A stretch of DNA of 64,000 nucleotides from Sphaerodactylus townsendi. Lineage: Eukaryota. Positions within the stretch are counted from its first letter, which is position 1; every line of letters starts with the position of its first letter. The stretch lies in the NCBI RefSeq assembly GCF_021028975.2, contig NC_059428.1:45322001-45386000 (forward strand). Direction: 5' to 3'. Below, piece after piece: positions 49,851 to 61,291 of this stretch. Under the pieces are notes generated by a model. It did not search any database. It was not told where the DNA came from and saw only the letters and a list, made by a program, of their open reading frames with translations. The translations under genes were made by a program, and so were the position numbers.

Positions 49851-51179
49851 GAGCTTTAATAATAATAATACACACCTTCATTGTCCAAGAAAGAGCTTTT
49901 CAATGGGAATATAATATAGAGGTTCAATGGGCAACTCCACCCCTACAATGTAGAAATAGTGCTGATGAGGTTCTCCTAGTAATGCTAACATCTGTAGCCA
50001 TTTCCCTTAGGTCTCTGTGTTGTCTTCTTTGGACTGTAAGCATGGTCCCTTGCATTTCTGTGACTGTGTAGAGGTAAGACATATATAGCAGAGTTAGTTT
50101 GTCTTGGCTGTAAATTCCTCATTAAGAATTGATTGACACTTTTTTGATTGACACTTTTCCACAGCCATTTTCTTTGTACCTGTATTTATTTGAGCATTCT
50201 TTCTACTCTGATAACAACTGACAAGTCTGTTTCCATGCTGCAAGGAGAAAATATAAATGCTTAACATTATGCTGTAATCTGATAATTCTGTGAACTGCAT
50301 TGCAAATGTGACTCTGGCTATGTCCTTGCAACCTTTGTATTAATTAACTATCTTTTTTCCTATAGCTTGCTTTCAGTGCCCGTTTTGTAAAGTAGTTTTT
50401 TAAAAGGCCATAAATATTTCAATCAAGTGATGAGTGATTCAACTAGTGCTCTGTCTATCTGTTAGCACTGGAAATAAAAAAACACATCCCAAAGCTTTTC
50501 TCATGCATTTACAATCTCTTTATTTCTATGGAATAAACACTATGGCTATGCAAGCTCCATTTATTTAATTGTTTGGTGCCTCCTTCCTTTCTACAATGAC
50601 TTTATTCTTCAGTTGTAAAAATACTGATACAGACTGTGGTATATTAGTGTCCCCTTGCACAATAAGTAGAAATGTCTAAGTTCTAATTCATTATTATGTT
50701 GTAGTGAACAGATGTAAAAGATCTAAATGCCAAAGCTAGAATGTCAAGAGTGTTTTTAATATCAAGCCGTACTTGTTACATTCACTGGCTGTCTGCTGTA
50801 TTGATCATAACTAGCATACTGGTAAAATAATTACAGGTGATGTGGCACATTCCATGTATAAGCAGACAGAGTTCAAATGAATCTGAAAGGGAGGAAATTG
50901 CTAGGTTGTTAGTCTCTTGTGTTTCACTTATCAAGATTAAAACTTTATGATGAAAAAACTGGTGTTAGAAATGCTACTTCAGATAAAAGAAACTGGCTAT
51001 AAGGCCTGGCCTTGCCAAAAATCAAAGTCACACCACACATTCTTTGCATTCATTCCTATGTTCCCTGTTCATTCATTGTCCTGGCAATGCATAAAAGAGT
51101 GTGATAAAAATCATGTTGATGTACTAAACTTTTTTATTCAGAGTAGTTTTCTGTCTCTGCTTGGTTTCAGAGGCTAGCC

Positions 51180-51345
51180 TTGTCTAACTGCAGTAGAAAG
51201 ATAAAGTCCAGTAGTTCCTGAGAGACCACCAAAAAGTTTAGGGTTATGAGCTATCTATCTGATGAACGGATCTTTGACTCTTGAAAGCTCATACTCCCAA
51301 AATCTTGTTGGTCTCTGAGGTGCTACTGGACTCAAATCTAGCTGA
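51180..51345. mobile_element. Second Penelope-type inverted-pLTR family with a degenerate hammerhead at 51256-51293 (+)
   Basis: tat-CTGATGA-a...-GAAA-GCTC-ata, flanked by inverted arms (agtccagtag...tatgagct / agctcata...ctactggact). Confidence 0.7.
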
Positions 51346-52898
51346 CTCTGCTTAGTTTTATTTATATTACCTGCAAGTATGTAGATAAAAGTAAGGCTGA
51401 TCAGTGGCAAACTGATCCTCTCACTTTGCTCAGAGTTCCAGAAGAAGAGCTATAACCATCTCTTGCCTTGTGCAAAATATAATTTTCTGTGGCTGTGGAG
51501 TGCTTAGGTGGAGGAGGCAGGGGTAGCAGAGAGGTGGAAAGGCTAGGGTGTGCTATTTGCCTGAAGCGTGGAACTGGTGCTGTGCAGTGATTTTCAGAGG
51601 AGTATTTAACTCTTCAACCTGCTTTTACCACTTCCAGGAAGGGAAAAGGGTTTCTGAAAATTTCCACCAGCAGGAGTAATATAGCTTGAAAATGATAACC
51701 AACAGTGTATGAGTTTGTTTCTGTAATACTCTGCACCCTGATTTCCTCCTGGAAATCACAATTGCTGCAAAAATAAAAATAATTTAACATTATCAGAATC
51801 CATTATGTCATATGTAGTTCCTAAGCAGAGTTACACCCTTCTAAAGCCATTGACTTGATTGAATTTAAAAACATTAGCATGTATATGATTGCACTGAGAA
51901 GCATTTAGCAGGCCTTCTTTCAGTATGAGAATGTGGTTCGTTGTCAAGGTAAATTCTCACTGTGCTCAATGTGTACTTTAAGAATGCAGTGACTCAGTAG
52001 GTGATGTTCAAGCAGAAAAATTTAACCTACTTTTTCCCAGGCTTCTCATATAGAAATATGATTCTGCTGTCTAGACAAGACCTTTTGAATGCTTGCTCTC
52101 TCCCATTCCACCATGATTAGGATTTGTTATTTTGTGTAACCTGCAATGAGAGTCAGGTAGGTTTCTTTTGAATTAGAGGACCATTTTCCCATCAAAATCA
52201 GGGGACTTATCTCAGATGATTAAAGCAAGTACTTTTGAACCTCCTCCAGAGTTTCAATTATTTTTCTCATGTAGGGTTAGTTATTTACATGTAAATGTTA
52301 TTTTAAAAGGTGAATCAGTTCTTCATTAGGTCTCATCTAGACCCAAAAAACCTCTCTAAAGCAAAACAATTTAAATGTTACAACACTGTCACGTTAACTT
52401 AATTAATAATACTGAAGTGGTAAACAGCTTTTCCAAGTGGATATTTTTTGAAGCCACCACTATATTGAAGTGTTTCTCGTGTAGCCCACTTGCAGTTTAA
52501 GCACTGATTAATACAAATATTAAGTTGATGCAAACCACGCATTGCCCCTAATTGATCTAATTGGAAGCAAATCGTATTTAGTTGTTTGTCACCTCTCTGT
52601 AAATTGAAGTTTAAGCAACAAGTACTTAAAGAAGCAATTCAACAACTTAATCCATTTTTGTTAGTATTTTGTATGTGGGGTCTCCACATTACAAGTGCTG
52701 GTAGTGTTGTTTTCTGCAGCATTAAAACTGTTTTTTATAATGCATGTGGACAAACATTTGGAGAATCCATATCCAGAGGTGAGAAAAATAGATGTTTGAA
52801 ATGACTGTTCCTCCTTTGCTTCTCCTTAGTTTGAACAGTGGATATGAAATGAAATTCTGTGTAGATATTTAATAGGGTCGCTGCAATGATTGTTCCTT

Positions 52899-53044
52899 TT
52901 AAGATTCACAACTCTCAGATGCTTTTTTCCTCCCGCTTTGTATAATCCTCAATACATTGGAAAGGTCAAAGATCTTTGAAATCATTCTGAAGAGTTCCTC
53001 ATCACTCTCTACTCCATTGACGAATTCTTCTAAAGAGAGTTCCC
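52899..53044 (-). CDS. GUCA1C: GUCA1C (GCAP3) last coding exon: EF-hand 4 and C-terminus; upstream exons not found in this window
   Basis: Acceptor ttttAG. GELSLEEFVNGVESDEELFRMISKIFDLSNVLRIIQSGRKKASESCES* parallels human GELTLEEFINGMAKDQDLLEIVYKSFDFSNVLRVI. GUCA1C neighbours TRAT1 in human. Confidence 0.88.
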
Positions 53045-53206
53045 CTAAAATGAAGACATGGGAGGGTTAGGAATCACAGCAATAATTAGACAAAATTGTC
53101 ACAAGATATCATATATTTCACTCTTGGAAAGTGAAGTAACTCAGAAGATGTCCCCTAGGACAACTGGAAGATCAGAAAAATACCTACAGGACTTAGCAAA
53201 AACAGT

Positions 53207-53713
53207 GGCCGTTTCTGCATGGCCTCAAGCGCTCTACTGCAGGAGTTCTGTCGGCGTATGGAGCCTGTTTCGCGACGCTGCCGCGAAAGCAGGCAACGGG
53301 AGCCGGTGGAGGCATGGCTCCGCATCGAGTCGCCTCTGTTTCCAGCCTTCATTTACGGGCGTCTCAAAGCCTGCGCTTGCGCAGCCAGAGTCTTCGCTGC
53401 CCTCCGACCCTGGAGGTCGGAGGACAGTGGGCGGGGCTGGCCCGTAGGGCGGCGAGAGGAGTGACGCCAGAAGTGGGCTGGAGGGAGCGTCTTCCGGCGC
53501 CGTTCCTCGCGACTGCCGTTAGAAGACGACATCTCCCCAACAACAACCCTTTAAAGGGTTTGTTGTTTAGGGCGGCTTTGACGCCCTGGGGAGGGAAGAG
53601 GCGTTAAGCCGCTGCTGCGTTGCAGCAGCGGCGCCAGGTCTTTGGAAGCGGCGGCCTGGGGGGCGCCTTTTGGCATGAGCTTGCCGTCGTAAAAGGGCCG
53701 TGCAGATACGGCC
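53207..53713. mobile_element. Harbinger/PIF-like MITE
   Basis: TIRs GGCCGTTTCTGCA / TGCAGATACGGCC, TSD agt, internal palindrome aacaacaaccctttaaagggtttgttgtt. Confidence 0.85.
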
Positions 53714-54524
53714 AGTGTGTGAGCTTTTTGTAGCAATTACACAACAAAATAAAACTATCTTAGGCAGATTCTGCATGGTCCAAAAACAGCCGTATGAAAA
53801 CGGTGTATACCCTTTTACACCGTTTTCACACCACTGTTTTTGGCCCATACGGAATCCGCCTTAGACCAGAAAAACAGAAGAATTTCAAGCAGATGCTTTG
53901 ATGAATAAGTCTACCACAAATTATGTTTCTTGCTATTCTTTCTGTGTCTGTGTCAGCCATCCTCATGAACAGAGCTGGAGCACTTGCACAATACTGTTAC
54001 AACAGACTCTTATATTCTAAGCCACTAAAAGATCTGCTGTAAGAAGAAACTAGAAGGGAGATTCTTACCCCTTTCGAAATCATTCCCAGGGAACCATTTA
54101 ATTCATGGAAATGTCGAATCCCTACATGACTGAAGTATAGGGATAGCATTACATAACAGCATTACACACATTTCAGATTGTCCCCTTGGTACAACATTTA
54201 CGAATATATGTAGCGAAAACTCAGATGCTTCCCAGGAAGAGTAAGATTCTGCAGAGGCAAGGGAAGCTGCTCTTGAATGTTCTTCAAACACTGAAGAGAA
54301 TTAACAGTGCTTAAGCGTACATTCTTATCTTCATGTCAGTCCTCAGAGTTCTTTCCTCAATTTCTGTGATTTCAAGTAAGTACAACTGTTAACAGAAATT
54401 ACAGGAATCTGAGTTCCATCTTCTACTTTTTTATTCCCTGTAAGTTACAAACATAACACTCCCCATTGAGTCAGTATTGGTTTATTTCACATTCCACCTT
54501 GGTATTTTTCAGAACTGTCTATGT

Positions 54525-54661
54525 CCGTGGTGGCGAACCTTTGGCACTCCAGATGTTATGGACTACAATTCCCATCAGCCCCTGCCAGCATGGCCAATTG
54601 GCAGGGGCTGATGGGAATTGCAGTCCATAACATCTGGAGTGCCAAAGGTTTGCCACCACTG
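54525..54661. mobile_element. Palindromic hAT MITE, related subfamily
   Basis: Hairpin sharing the core actacaattcccatcagcc, with exact 8-bp TSD gtctatgt. Confidence 0.93.
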
Positions 54662-55706
54662 GTCTATGTCCATGCCCTTTTCCAATGAAATTTCATATCT
54701 ACAGATACTGATGTTCTGTGAGGATGCCAGCATCTCTGAGAATTTTCAGTAGCCTTAAAATTACAATTCTCAGCATTCCAATGGGAAATCCATCATATTA
54801 AATCAATCCTACTTTAACACCGCAAACATACTACCATTATTTCAATATTTACTTTTATGCCAATATGACAATATAGTGAAGATGAGTCCTAAGAGAGCTT
54901 TAAAGCAATCAATGCGTTCTCATTTTATGTGAGGTACTTTCCAGTTATCTTGTAGTATGCAGAATGGACTAGTGTTCTGTCTTTTAATTTTAAAAGAGTA
55001 ATGACTTATTTTGATCAACCTTGAAGAGCAGACTTTAGATAAACTCTCTAGAATGCTGTAGAAGGGAAACAGTCACAGATCCGATAATCAGACTTAGCTG
55101 AATGTGACTAATGTGTAGTTTACTTGGCAGTTTGAGCCAGTTACAAAGTGTAATCTGTTTAACAGAGCAACTTCCAAAGTGAGAATTCTGTGATGGTAAT
55201 TAGTTTGTATGTATATGAAAGACTTTGCTATGATGGAGCAATCATAGACTTAGAATGGATTGGGGTATAACAAAGGGCTAAAGATTTTCATATTGCCAGT
55301 TTATATAGGACACTAAGCAGTGCATAAGAATAGGGAATATTTATTTATTTAATTTATATTAGCTTTTTTAAAAAAATGGACATCAAGGCAGCTTACAGAC
55401 GATTCCAGGGTCAGTGATCTCCTATCCAGGCACTGACCAAACCCAGGCCTGTTTAGTTTCAGCAAAGTATTTGTCAGTGTGATCTAAGACCATTGACTTT
55501 AATGGATTTACATGAATCATATGTTCTCTGATCCCATTCTTGGACTCTGCATTTCTTTATTAAAAGAAGAGATACCGGGGATCAAGGCTTTCTAGAAGCC
55601 ACATTATCTAAGTCTTCCCTGTGGTTCTTGGTATGCAAAGGCCAGCTACTTTTGTTCTATATTGGGAAAATGTTTTGCATCTGTTTGGGGCATACTTGTT
55701 GCTGTA

Positions 55707-55918
55707 CTCTGTCTCACCAAAAGAAATAAACAAAATTATGACTTCATTTGCCACATGCTGGACTGTCTTTGGTTTTAGAATGCTCTGTTTGGGTCCTAGT
55801 GCCTACCCTGTTCTGTTAAGTAGGCACTAGGACCCAAATGGAGCCTTCTAAAACAAAGACAGTCCAGTGTGTGGTGAATGAAGTCACAGTTTCATTTTTA
55901 CCTTTTGGTGAGACAGAG
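55707..55918. repeat. Imperfect 212-bp hairpin (arms of about 100 nt, 13-nt loop)
   Basis: ctctgtctcaccaaaag...gggtcctagtgcctac pairs with gtaggcactaggaccc...cttttggtgagacagag. Confidence 0.9.
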
Positions 55919-56304
55919 GATAGTGAGTCTAACATTGCATTAGGCAAGGTGCCTTCCGCACATGCAAAATAATGCACTTTCAATCCACTTTCAAGCTGGA
56001 TTTTAGTGTGGAATAGCAAAATCCACTTTCAAACAATTGTGACAGTGGATTGAATGTGCATTATTCTGCATGTGTAGAAGGAGCCAAAGTTACCACTGAA
56101 TACACTGAAAGTTGCTAGTTGAAGTCCCAGTTCTGCTCAACCAAGGACTCAACCAACCAACTTGAATATCTATGTAGTCTTACCATCATGGTTGATGTCT
56201 ATCTTCTTGAATACAATTTCTGTGAACTCTTCAGGAGTTGTTTCTTGGTACCCTGTAATAGCCTGAACAGCCTGAAGAAGCAAAAATGGAAACTGTCAAA
56301 GTCT

Positions 56305-57050
56305 TAGAAAAATATAACTGGAAGGGATCTCAAGGGTCATCTGGTCCAACCTCCAACACAATGCAGAAAATTCACAACTACATTCTCCCCATTCCCCCAG
56401 TGACCACTATTCCAGGTGTAGATAAATGGGTTGGGGGAAGCCTTTAGGATTTCTAGGCAATCTATCCTGCAGGAAGATTCTTTCCTGACCCGAAAATGGT
56501 GATTTCCTTTGCTTTAAACCATTTTACACTGTTTTCACACCGCTGTTTTTGGCCCATGTGGAATCCACCTTATTGTTAGGAAGTTCTTCCTACTGTTTAG
56601 CTGAAAACTCTTTTGATTTAATTTCAGTTCATTGGTTGTAGTCCAACCTTTTAGGCAACAGAAAACAACTCTGCACAATCCTCTCTATATGACAACCCTT
56701 CAAATACTTGAAGATGGCTATAATTTCACCTCTCAGTTGTCTCTTCTCAAGGCGAAACACACCCAGCTCCTTCAGCCTTTCCTCATAGGACTTGTTCTCC
56801 AGACCCCTCACCATCTCTGTTGCCATCTTCTGTTCCAGTTGGTCAACATTTTTCTAAAACTATAGTGCCCAAAACTGAACACAGTACTCAAAGTGAGGTC
56901 TAACCAGAGCAGATTAAAACAATACCAGCATTTCACGTGATCTGTTGATGCAGCCCAAAACTGCATTTGCCTTTTTAGCCACCACATCACATTGCTGACT
57001 TGTGTACAGTGTATGGTCTACTAAGACTCCTAGATCCTTTTCTGCTGCCA
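56305..57050 (-). mobile_element. CR1 LINE 3' part, interrupted by the Gypsy element
   Basis: Minus-strand peptides [29 protein letters not shown] and [18 protein letters not shown] are typical of the CR1 ORF2 end. Confidence 0.9.
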
Positions 57051-57054
57051 AGCT

Positions 57055-57361
57055 TGTAAAGGATTCAATGGTGTTGATGTTCAGTACAGCCGCCTGGCCT
57101 TGACTGAATTCCATAACCCGGGCGATGGGCCAGCATCTGCGGCGGAGACTCTGATGGAGGCCTTATCTCTTCGAGAGAGATGAGAACTCCGTTCCCATGA
57201 GAAACCGGGAGGGGGGATGGGATGGACAGAGTTATAACCTGTGCTTCTGGCGGGAGACTTTATTCCTGCCACGTCGTGTACGTGAGCTTTCTAGGATGTC
57301 TGAATAAACGGTCTTTTACATCAAAAAGCCTTTTATTTCTGCTTCTATGGAATTCCTTACA
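57055..57361 (+). repeat. 5' LTR (TATAA at 57233, AATAAA at 57303)
   Basis: Direct repeat of 60985-61291, with 3 differences seen by eye. Confidence 0.95.
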
Positions 57362-60300
57362 TTGTGGCAGGAATCCTAGTTCATTTATCTTCCCAGTGTA
57401 GCGGACCTCTGGTGTCTCGGCATGGAGAGGTTGAATATTCCTGAACCTGTGGAAGGTGCGGTAGCCCCCAAAGAGGGCTCCGAGCTTTCCCTTATGGATT
57501 TGGAGGAACCGGCGGCGGAATCGGGTCTCATTGGTAACTCTTTCCCGGCCCTCGTATCAACACGAAGTCTTCCCTTACTCCGTTGGGACGAGGGATGAGG
57601 AAAGCGATCATGTGGACTTGCATGAGTCGTTTGGGCTTGTCTATGGATCGGCCTGTGGATCGGATACCTACCACGTTTCCGTGTGGTTACAAACCTCAGA
57701 TGCAACCTGTCGCGGAGGAGATGGGGCCTGACCACTTTTCATCGCGCGTAAACTCCAGGAGTCCACGTTGAACGATTCCTGGACTCAGATTTTGATGATG
57801 CTCCCAAGAATCCACCGTGGCATAGCACTGGGGCCCGCCCTAAGACCACCGTTAAAAGCCTGGACTATATCGGATTGGGAGGGTATCCGCATTACCAGCT
57901 TCCGATCGACCCCCCCAGATCCCGGATCAGCAAGCTGCATGAGGCGCCGATGGAGCCGCCCGGTGGACTGTAGTGCTGCATTCCGATGAAGAGGAATCCC
58001 GAAAGCCTGCTGCCTTCCCATCCGACCTATTTCCCTCCCGCCAAAGAGCCAATATGGGATGGTAATGACTGCAAGATGCCCAGGAAGCATGGGCCCGTGA
58101 ACGCCAGCCATGGAAGAGGAATGGAGCAGCTGCAGCAAGAGCTGAAAACTCTCGCAAAAGGACCCGGGAATAAAGCAGCGAAAGAAATCCAACCTGCACT
58201 GGACCGCGGCAAGATTTTGCAACGGCAATATATATGCAGAATCTATCGGTCCATGATAAGGTCCTGGAACACTCCAAACTGGACTTTAGAGTTGCCAACG
58301 CCAGCTGCGCATAGCTGGCGCGAAAGTGAACTAACTGCAGCTATTCAACGAGATGAACTGGCCAAACTGGAACGAGAGAAAGCAGCTCTTGCATCGCATC
58401 TAAGATGTCCTTGACTCGCAAGGAAGAGACTTAGCAGCCTTTGAAAAGGAGCTGAAGAAGCAGGGACAAGATGCCCCAAGCTGGAGTCCTCGCCGTTACT
58501 GGTACAATAGCCAACGCCAGAGAACGGCGCTTCTGGGTCCCCATACTCGCTGTGATTCGCCACCTTCCAAAGACGCGTGCTCCACTCAGAGCACCAGCGG
58601 CGCCGGGCGTCTGTGCTCTAGCACCTCCACTGATTCCGGCTCTGCGCCACCAATCCTGCGCAACCGGCCCCAGCTGGCGCCAGGGCCGGAGAGAGGAGAA
58701 GCATATTACAGACCTCCAATACCTGCCTCGCTTCGATGTGGGGACCGCTTCCAAACTCCCCTACTTCATCCTGCAACTCGATGCCCACATGGAGGACCTA
58801 TGACGATCTGTACCGGGTCTGAACGCCAAAATACGGGACATCGGGTTCCGTCTTGGATGGAGCGGCAGCCGACTGGTTTGTGACTCTTTTGACTGCAAGG
58901 GGAGGATACTCGCACGGTGCCTGCCTTCCAAGTTCTTAAGGGCTCGCTTCAAGATCCGGGTGCTGGAAAATGAAGCCATCCGCACCATCAAATCTATTCA
59001 GCAAGGCAACGCGCTCCTTTGCGAGTTTTGCCCGTGAATTTCGTAAAGCGTGACTGCCTCGAACTCTCCTGAGTGGCCTGAGCGCATGAAATGTGAATAC
59101 TTCGCAGGATGCCGTCGACGGCAAACTGCGAGGAACGGTGTTCCTTATTCCGGATCCTAATGCACTATTGCTGAATGGATCGAATTAGGATCTCAAGTGG
59201 CGTCGCCTCGTTTGGATTACACTCGCGGGGGGCCCATACCCAAAACCGCCGCTACTGACTCACCGCTCGACTGCATAAGCCAAGCTCCAGCAGCTCTGAC
59301 GGAAACCACCTCCGAGCGCCCGTCGCCGCTTGGGATTGTGTCTTTACCAAGGAGGACCGGGTCATCTAGCTGCCAACTGCCCGAAACAGAAGCACCGCCC
59401 GCTGCGCCAGCACTTAATCTGCTACAAGCCACCACGTGAACTGGCCGCCAACGGGGGCCTTCGCTCTAAAGGCGTTAGCCACTGGCTACACTCCAGAAGA
59501 AGCAGCGTTTGCCTCTTCAGCCCCATGGATATGGGTTCGATTTCAGATCGGTGGAGTGAAGGCAGCGCTCCCATTACGATTCAAGCGCATTCTGGCCAAC
59601 CCTTCGCTTAAGCACTCGTGATTATAGCCTCAGCCCTTGTAGATTCTGGGTGCTCCCATTTGCTTAAATCGCGGTCCCAAGTGGCGGAGGAACTTTGGAC
59701 TAGACCGAGTCCCCTAGCTAAGCCCATACCGTTCACTCCAAAATGGGCGCAGCCCTCTCAATGGCGAAGGACCGGCCAGTTCAAAACGTGCATAAACCGT
59801 TCTCCGCTTCGCGCTTCGACCATTGGGAGAAAATTAGTTTTATTCTGGCTCCAGTGGCCAAACACTCCATAGTCCTGGGCATGCCATGGTTGTTGCTGTA
59901 CCTAATCCAAAATTCATTTGGAAAGAAACGGATCTTAGAATTTACTGACCCTCCCGTGGAGAACACATGAATTGGGGAAACTCCCACTTAATGACATACA
60001 CCCCTGGCCCGTCCAGCGGGTTACGCAGCTCCAGTTGCTCGAATCTACCGGCATTCCACCGGCTTACCAAGATTTAGCCAGAGTATTTCCAGGAGCAAGA
60101 ATGCGATCAATTGCCACTCCCATAGAGACACTGACTGCAAATGTGATTACAGCCAGGGCCTCAACTGCCTAAGGGTAGAATTTACGCATGAGTCCCAATG
60201 AGGAGAAGGAACTTCGTGCCTTCTTAGACAAGAACCTTGCTTTCAGCTGGGTTCATCTGACGAAGCTACTAAAACATAATGCATGCTGCTCCTGTATTAT

Positions 60301-60984
60301 TTTGTTAAAAAAAGGACGGATCTTTAAAGGCTCTGTAACACGGATTACCGAGGACTCAATGCGGTTCTTGTCCAATAAATACCCTTTGCCTTTAAGCAAG
60401 GACCTTTTAGTATGCATTGGGCAAAAGGACTTATTTTACTAAGTTGGACTTAAAGAAGCTTACTACAGAGTCAGGATCAAGGAAGGCTATGAACATTTGA
60501 CTGCATTTAACACAAAATTTGGACAGTAATGAATACTTAATAATGCCATTATTCATTAAGTAGCCCCCCGGAGCTTTATGGCCCCTATCAACGAAGTTCT
60601 ACAGGATTTATTATACAAGGGAGTAGTGGTGTGCTTAGATGATGTTTTAATTTATTCACAAACCATGGAGGAGCCTGAAGCCTTGCTTCGGGAAGTATTA
60701 CACCGCTTTCTCAACAACTCCCTCTTTGCAAACCTTTCTAAATGTTGTTTTCACCAATCCTCCATCGACTATTTGGGCTACCGGATCTCTTCCGAGGGGC
60801 TAAAAATGGATCCTGCTAAGATTGAAGCAGTCCTCCAATGGCCTGCCCCTACCAATCGGAAGGAACTCCAGTCTTTCCTAGGGTTTGCTAATTTCTATCG
60901 TGACTTTATACCCCAATTCGCTGAACTGACTCTCCCACTCACAGACCTCTACAGGGGGAGAAGTTTGTCTTAAGGGAGGCAGAG

Positions 60985-61291
60985 TGTAAAGGATTCAGTG
61001 GTGTTGATGTTCAGAACAGCCGCCTGGCCTTGACTGAATTCCATAACCCGGGCGATGGGCCAGCATCTGCGGCGGAGACTCTGATGGAGGCCTTATCTCT
61101 TCGAGAGAGATGAGAACTCCGTTCCCATGAGAAACCGGGAGGGGGGATGGGATGGACAGAGTTATAACCTGTGCTTCTGGCGGGAGACTTTATTCCTGCC
61201 ACGTCGTGTACGTGAGCTTTCTAGGATGTCTGAATAAACGGTCTTTTACACCAAAAAGCCTTTTATTTCTGCTTCTATGGAATTCCTTACA
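60985..61291 (+). repeat. 3' LTR
   Basis: Direct repeat of 57055-57361, preceded by the PPT. Confidence 0.95.

Larger units (their letters stand above)
57055..61291 (+). mobile_element. Gypsy/Ty3 LTR retrotransposon of the Tf1/sushi-like group, defective (RNase H and integrase absent)
   Basis: Two 307-bp TG...CA LTRs. Decayed zinc knuckle CLYQGGPGHLAANC, protease ALVDSG, RT motifs LDLKEAYY and CLDDVLIYS, linker FLGFANFYRDFIP. PPT aagggaggcagag at 60972-60984. Confidence 0.96.

Noticed and set aside
57362-57380. Conventional tRNA primer-binding site
   Set aside because: I could not match it to a tRNA 3' end, and the 11-nt complement to the element's own R region explains it better.
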